From a phage, in assembly GCA_024682255.1 (NCBI GenBank), contig GCA_024682255.1_4716.1: a DNA stretch of 64,000 nt; one strand, 5' to 3'. This document shows, in pieces, positions 61,023 through 64,000 of the stretch (position 1 is the stretch's first letter; every line of letters starts with the position of its first letter). Below the pieces are notes generated by a model. The model saw nothing but the letters and a program-made list of their open reading frames with translations. It did no database searches and was not told the DNA's origin. The position numbers and the translations under genes were made by a program.

Positions 61023-61289
61023 TTAAAAAGTACCCATGATCGATAGGGCAATATGGTCTTTGTTCGCACGCGCTTGTAACGACATATCAAGACCGCTTTT
61101 CTTAATATGCCAACGTGCCACCAGTTCCGGTTGGTCAACGGAATACAACCCTTCTCGATGTTGATTCAACCATTTAGCAATTGGATGCAATTTATCAGGA
61201 TCGACCACACCCAATTCCAACCCACCGGGTGTTAATGGTTTAGAATAAAAGTCAAGTGCGTTCCGTAAAAAGTCATCCTCGATGCTCAT
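61023..61289 (-). CDS. hypothetical protein (88 aa)
   Basis: ATG overlapping the stop of an unlisted upstream small ORF (ATGA). Confidence 0.5.
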   Translation of the reverse strand: MSIEDDFLRNALDFYSKPLTPGGLELGVVDPDKLHPIAKWLNQHREGLYSVDQPELVARWHIKKSGLDMSLQARANKDHIALSIMGTF

Positions 61290-61402
61290 CGTAGCATACC
61301 TACCATGCCAATTACGGCAAACAGTACGCCGACGGCGCTATACGCAAGCAGCGCTTTAGCAACCCAAGATTTTATTTCCGTAAGCTCGTCATTATTCACC
61401 AT
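61286..61402 (-). CDS. very small membrane protein (38 aa), not on ORF track
   Basis: ATG with GAGGTGA 4 nt upstream; MVNNDELTEIKSWVAKALLAYSAVGVLFAVIGMVGMLR has one TM helix; stop overlaps next ATG. Confidence 0.4.
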   Translation of the reverse strand: MVNNDELTEIKSWVAKALLAYSAVGVLFAVIGMVGMLR

Positions 61403-61454
61403 GTTTCACCTCGTTCGGTTGTTGTCTGATCTCATACCTTTACTTAAGCGTATC

Positions 61455-61473
61455 CCCCGTCATTAAGACGGGG
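61455..61473 (-). terminator. hairpin (CCCCGTC-attaa-GACGGGG)
   Basis: Perfect 7-bp stem downstream of the gene ending at 61480. Confidence 0.45.
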
Positions 61474-61479
61474 TGCTTA

Positions 61480-61854
61480 TCACCAGAGACGATTACCTTC
61501 CTCGTCCCACCAAGCAATCGCTCGTGTCGACTCGAATGCGTTAGGGCGTAATGTCATACCCTTGCGGTCAACGATTAACCGCAACTCAGTACCGAACCAT
61601 TCAATCGAGATAAACAAACCCTTCCGAATGACTGCTTGATAACCTGATAGCCGCTCAAAGAGTCGTTGAAAGATCTCATCGTGCCCACACGACACTAATG
61701 CTTCTGAATAGCGTCGCATCGATATTGCATCGCTAGGTAAGCGTGTTTTACAGTCCCACCATAACACAGCGTACATCAATGCGGCATTACGCAATCGTAA
61801 AGATTGAACTGGCGTTAGTTGTCGTCCTTCAACATCATCGATAATAACGTACAT
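61480..61854 (-). CDS. hypothetical protein (124 aa)
   Basis: ATG start; Trp-rich. Confidence 0.55.
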   Translation of the reverse strand: MYVIIDDVEGRQLTPVQSLRLRNAALMYAVLWWDCKTRLPSDAISMRRYSEALVSCGHDEIFQRLFERLSGYQAVIRKGLFISIEWFGTELRLIVDRKGMTLRPNAFESTRAIAWWDEEGNRLW

Positions 61855-61860
61855 TGCGTC

Positions 61861-62049
61861 TTATTCCGCGCTTGTTTCCTTAACATGGACACATTCCGCA
61901 TCGATAATCACACCGGTAGAACGACTGGTCTCGTGGGTAGAATCAAATCCGCTGTTGAACAACATGGCGAACGTGTTATTATCCATACGAGCAAAGGTCT
62001 CCGCAATACGATCGGGATGAAAATCGGTGCGGTTGATGGTCGATTTCAC
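61861..62049 (-). CDS. small hypothetical protein (~62 aa); start uncertain
   Basis: GTG with AGGAG 6 nt upstream inside a frame whose track start is a TTG. Confidence 0.3.
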   Translation of the reverse strand: MKSTINRTDFHPDRIAETFARMDNNTFAMLFNSGFDSTHETSRSTGVIIDAECVHVKETSAE

Positions 62050-62088
62050 AAAAACTCCTATAAACAATTTAATTATTGGTATTAAAGA

Positions 62089-62574
62089 TTAAAGCAGGAT
62101 CTGCGGACAGCAGCATGATTCGTAACCACCTTCATGTGGTAACGTATTGCTGGTGTCAGGCCAAACGAGCTGAATACCTGCAACTTTTTTACCATATCGA
62201 GCGAAAGCCGCTATCGCATACACTTCGTTGAAGGATTCAATATCCTCGATTTCGCGTACGTCAAGACGCAAGGTTTCACCCGTACCTTTCAAAGTCAGAT
62301 TACCATCGAACGCGCCTAACGGGATGGTCTTTGCCTTCACCATGAAGTTACCCAGTTTGTTGATTGCTGAACCGAGCGCCGGACAGTAACCGGATACGAA
62401 GATTTCCGGCATTCCGTGTTCGGTTAGACCAACAGTATACATAAAGCCAGGCTCGTCGCTTCCCTCATCAGGAGCGACACTGATAATAGCCCATTGCTTT
62501 TTCTCGATATATTCTTCGATAAAATCGTCCATTTTTGAAAAATTGTTTTCATTAAGTTTAACTGTGTTACTCAT
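62089..62574 (-). CDS. hypothetical protein (161 aa)
   Basis: ATG start; stop-start overlap with upstream gene. Confidence 0.55.
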   Translation of the reverse strand: MSNTVKLNENNFSKMDDFIEEYIEKKQWAIISVAPDEGSDEPGFMYTVGLTEHGMPEIFVSGYCPALGSAINKLGNFMVKAKTIPLGAFDGNLTLKGTGETLRLDVREIEDIESFNEVYAIAAFARYGKKVAGIQLVWPDTSNTLPHEGGYESCCCPQILL

Positions 62575-62860
62575 GTTCTTTATCCTTTAAAGCGTTTTCT
62601 AACCAGCGGACATAACTTTCACGATAAAGGTGAATATGTCTTTTACCGTCGCGAAAGTTAGGGTCAATAAGATGAATCGCAGCATGGGTTGAAGTCATCG
62701 CATGCTGTAAATGTTTTCGTGTTAATCGCCCAAGTTTTACCCAGCGTTGAATATACCGCGCGTCTGCCGCTAAACAGGTACGTTCGTCGATGAAAGGTAC
62801 CAATACCTGAACGATACTACCGTAATACACCATCGAACTGTTGAACATCTGCGTCTCCAT
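62567..62860 (-). CDS. hypothetical protein (97 aa)
   Basis: ORF in operon-like series. Confidence 0.5.
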   Translation of the reverse strand: METQMFNSSMVYYGSIVQVLVPFIDERTCLAADARYIQRWVKLGRLTRKHLQHAMTSTHAAIHLIDPNFRDGKRHIHLYRESYVRWLENALKDKEHE

Positions 62861-62878
62861 GCAAATGAATGGGGTGGA

Positions 62879-63187
62879 TTAGTGAAGAATTACTGTTTGC
62901 GACCCTTTCTCGTATTCGGTAAGTAACTCGTCGTACCGACGATCGACCGCCTTGATCGCATTATCGATCTCTGTCGTGTCTGATACAACAGATCGTTTCG
63001 CTTCCAGTCGATATACTAACGCATCACGCATACCCTCGGCTGCAGCGAGTTCGCAAGTTGCTTGATGTTTATTATCCGAAAAGACGAAGAATGGTTTGTT
63101 CTCTTCATCAGCCAGGAAGTAGTCACGAATCGCAACCAACCTTTCTTCTGGAACCAGTTCACAATTGTTTTCGTTCATTTTCATCAT
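62879..63187 (-). CDS. hypothetical protein (102 aa)
   Basis: ORF in operon-like series. Confidence 0.5.
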   Translation of the reverse strand: MMKMNENNCELVPEERLVAIRDYFLADEENKPFFVFSDNKHQATCELAAAEGMRDALVYRLEAKRSVVSDTTEIDNAIKAVDRRYDELLTEYEKGSQTVILH

Positions 63188-63192
63188 CTCTC

Positions 63193-63519
63193 TTAAAGTT
63201 TTAACGTATTGACGCCGCTTATAAAGGCGTTGATTTCATTGTCGATGTCGCCAGTTTGCTCGATAATCTTCTCCACCATCAATCTTGGTTTGTTATAAGC
63301 AATGCTTACAGCATCGGGACCATTTCCATACATGCTCGCGACGTAAATTCGAAGTTCTTTTAAACGATCGAGCAACAACTGCGCGATTTCCAGAACTTCT
63401 TCTGTGGCGGTCTGTGTGTTGCATTCGCGTAACTTGTGCTCTAACAGCGAAGTCGCAGCATCGAGCATGGATGTGTATTTACGATAGTTATAAATATCAA
63501 TTATAGCTGTCTGATTCAT
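63193..63519 (-). CDS. hypothetical protein (108 aa)
   Basis: ORF in operon-like series. Confidence 0.5.
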   Translation of the reverse strand: MNQTAIIDIYNYRKYTSMLDAATSLLEHKLRECNTQTATEEVLEIAQLLLDRLKELRIYVASMYGNGPDAVSIAYNKPRLMVEKIIEQTGDIDNEINAFISGVNTLKL

Positions 63520-63530
63520 ACATACGCTAC

Positions 63531-63899
63531 TTATTTGTTAGGGTCTATTAGCGTCAGATACAACGTATACAGATCGGTAATCCCTTTTCTAATATACCGT
63601 GCTTGAAGACGTCTCATATCCCGGGTTTTATAAGGGAAATCAGGATCCATATACAAACGATAATTCGCTTTCATTAAAACCAACACATCCTCTATAAACC
63701 GAAGATATTGCTTGATAGCTGGATCTGTATCATACGCGTAATGGCGCGCCCCACCGAATCCCAATTCCCTGTTCAGCTCTCTTAGTCGTATCGATACTAA
63801 TCCGAAATCAACAAGCTCGACGAGCTGACGTAAATTACGATTAAACCAATATCGATACCAAAATGACTGTATACCCCAACCAGTTCTATTTAACTTCAT
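63531..63899 (-). CDS. hypothetical protein (122 aa)
   Basis: ATG overlapping TGA of an upstream partial gene. Confidence 0.5.
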   Translation of the reverse strand: MKLNRTGWGIQSFWYRYWFNRNLRQLVELVDFGLVSIRLRELNRELGFGGARHYAYDTDPAIKQYLRFIEDVLVLMKANYRLYMDPDFPYKTRDMRRLQARYIRKGITDLYTLYLTLIDPNK

Positions 63900-64000
63900 T
63901 GATACCTTCTATTAGTTGTACAGCAACTTCTTTTTCGGTGCTATAAAAGAACTTGCGGTGGAACTGAACAAGAAGCTTTTCGAATTTACATTGAACGATC
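63900..64000 (-). CDS. hypothetical protein, C-terminal fragment (gene starts beyond right window edge)
   Basis: Stop-free minus-strand frame from the window edge ending ...TNRRYQ with TGA overlapping the next ATG. Confidence 0.3.

Overview
This window reads as a 64-kb segment of a large virulent tailed-phage genome; all calls are from reading the sequence and ORF track, with no database search. The enterobacterial-type signals are a lambda Stf-like tail-fibre N-terminus and a Tfa-type fibre assembly protein. About 75 protein genes are tightly packed, nearly all on the minus strand from 17.5 kb onward, with frequent ATGA/TAATG start-stop overlaps and many GC-rich hairpin terminators. Blocks in order: (1) 0-14 kb, giant virion-type proteins of 931-1201 aa plus a membrane protein with an HEIGH zinc-peptidase motif; (2) 14.1-17.4 kb, a DEDDy 3'-5' exonuclease gene, an HNH homing endonuclease and a structured RNA region with group I intron R/S-like elements; (3) 17.5-22.5 kb, nine small genes each with its own hairpin; (4) 22.6-29.7 kb, unknown proteins plus a macro-domain-like protein; (5) 29.7-43.3 kb, a receptor-binding module with two giant tailspike-like proteins, an Stf-like fibre with 40-aa tandem repeats, Tfa, a lipoprotein and three anchor-domain paralogs; (6) 43.4-48.9 kb, a lysis-type cassette; (7) 49-53.5 kb, enzymes including a class I methyltransferase and a GNAT acetyltransferase; (8) 53.5-56.3 kb, six tandem paralogous double-HTH genes; (9) 56.3-64 kb, NAD-dependent DNA ligase and small unknown genes. 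No tRNA, rRNA, CRISPR array, integrase or transposase was seen. Single-nucleotide coordinates of hairpins and refined starts are approximate (+/- a few nt). The most promising candidates for something new are the intron-like region, the HTH array, the small-gene cassette and the macro-domain gene.
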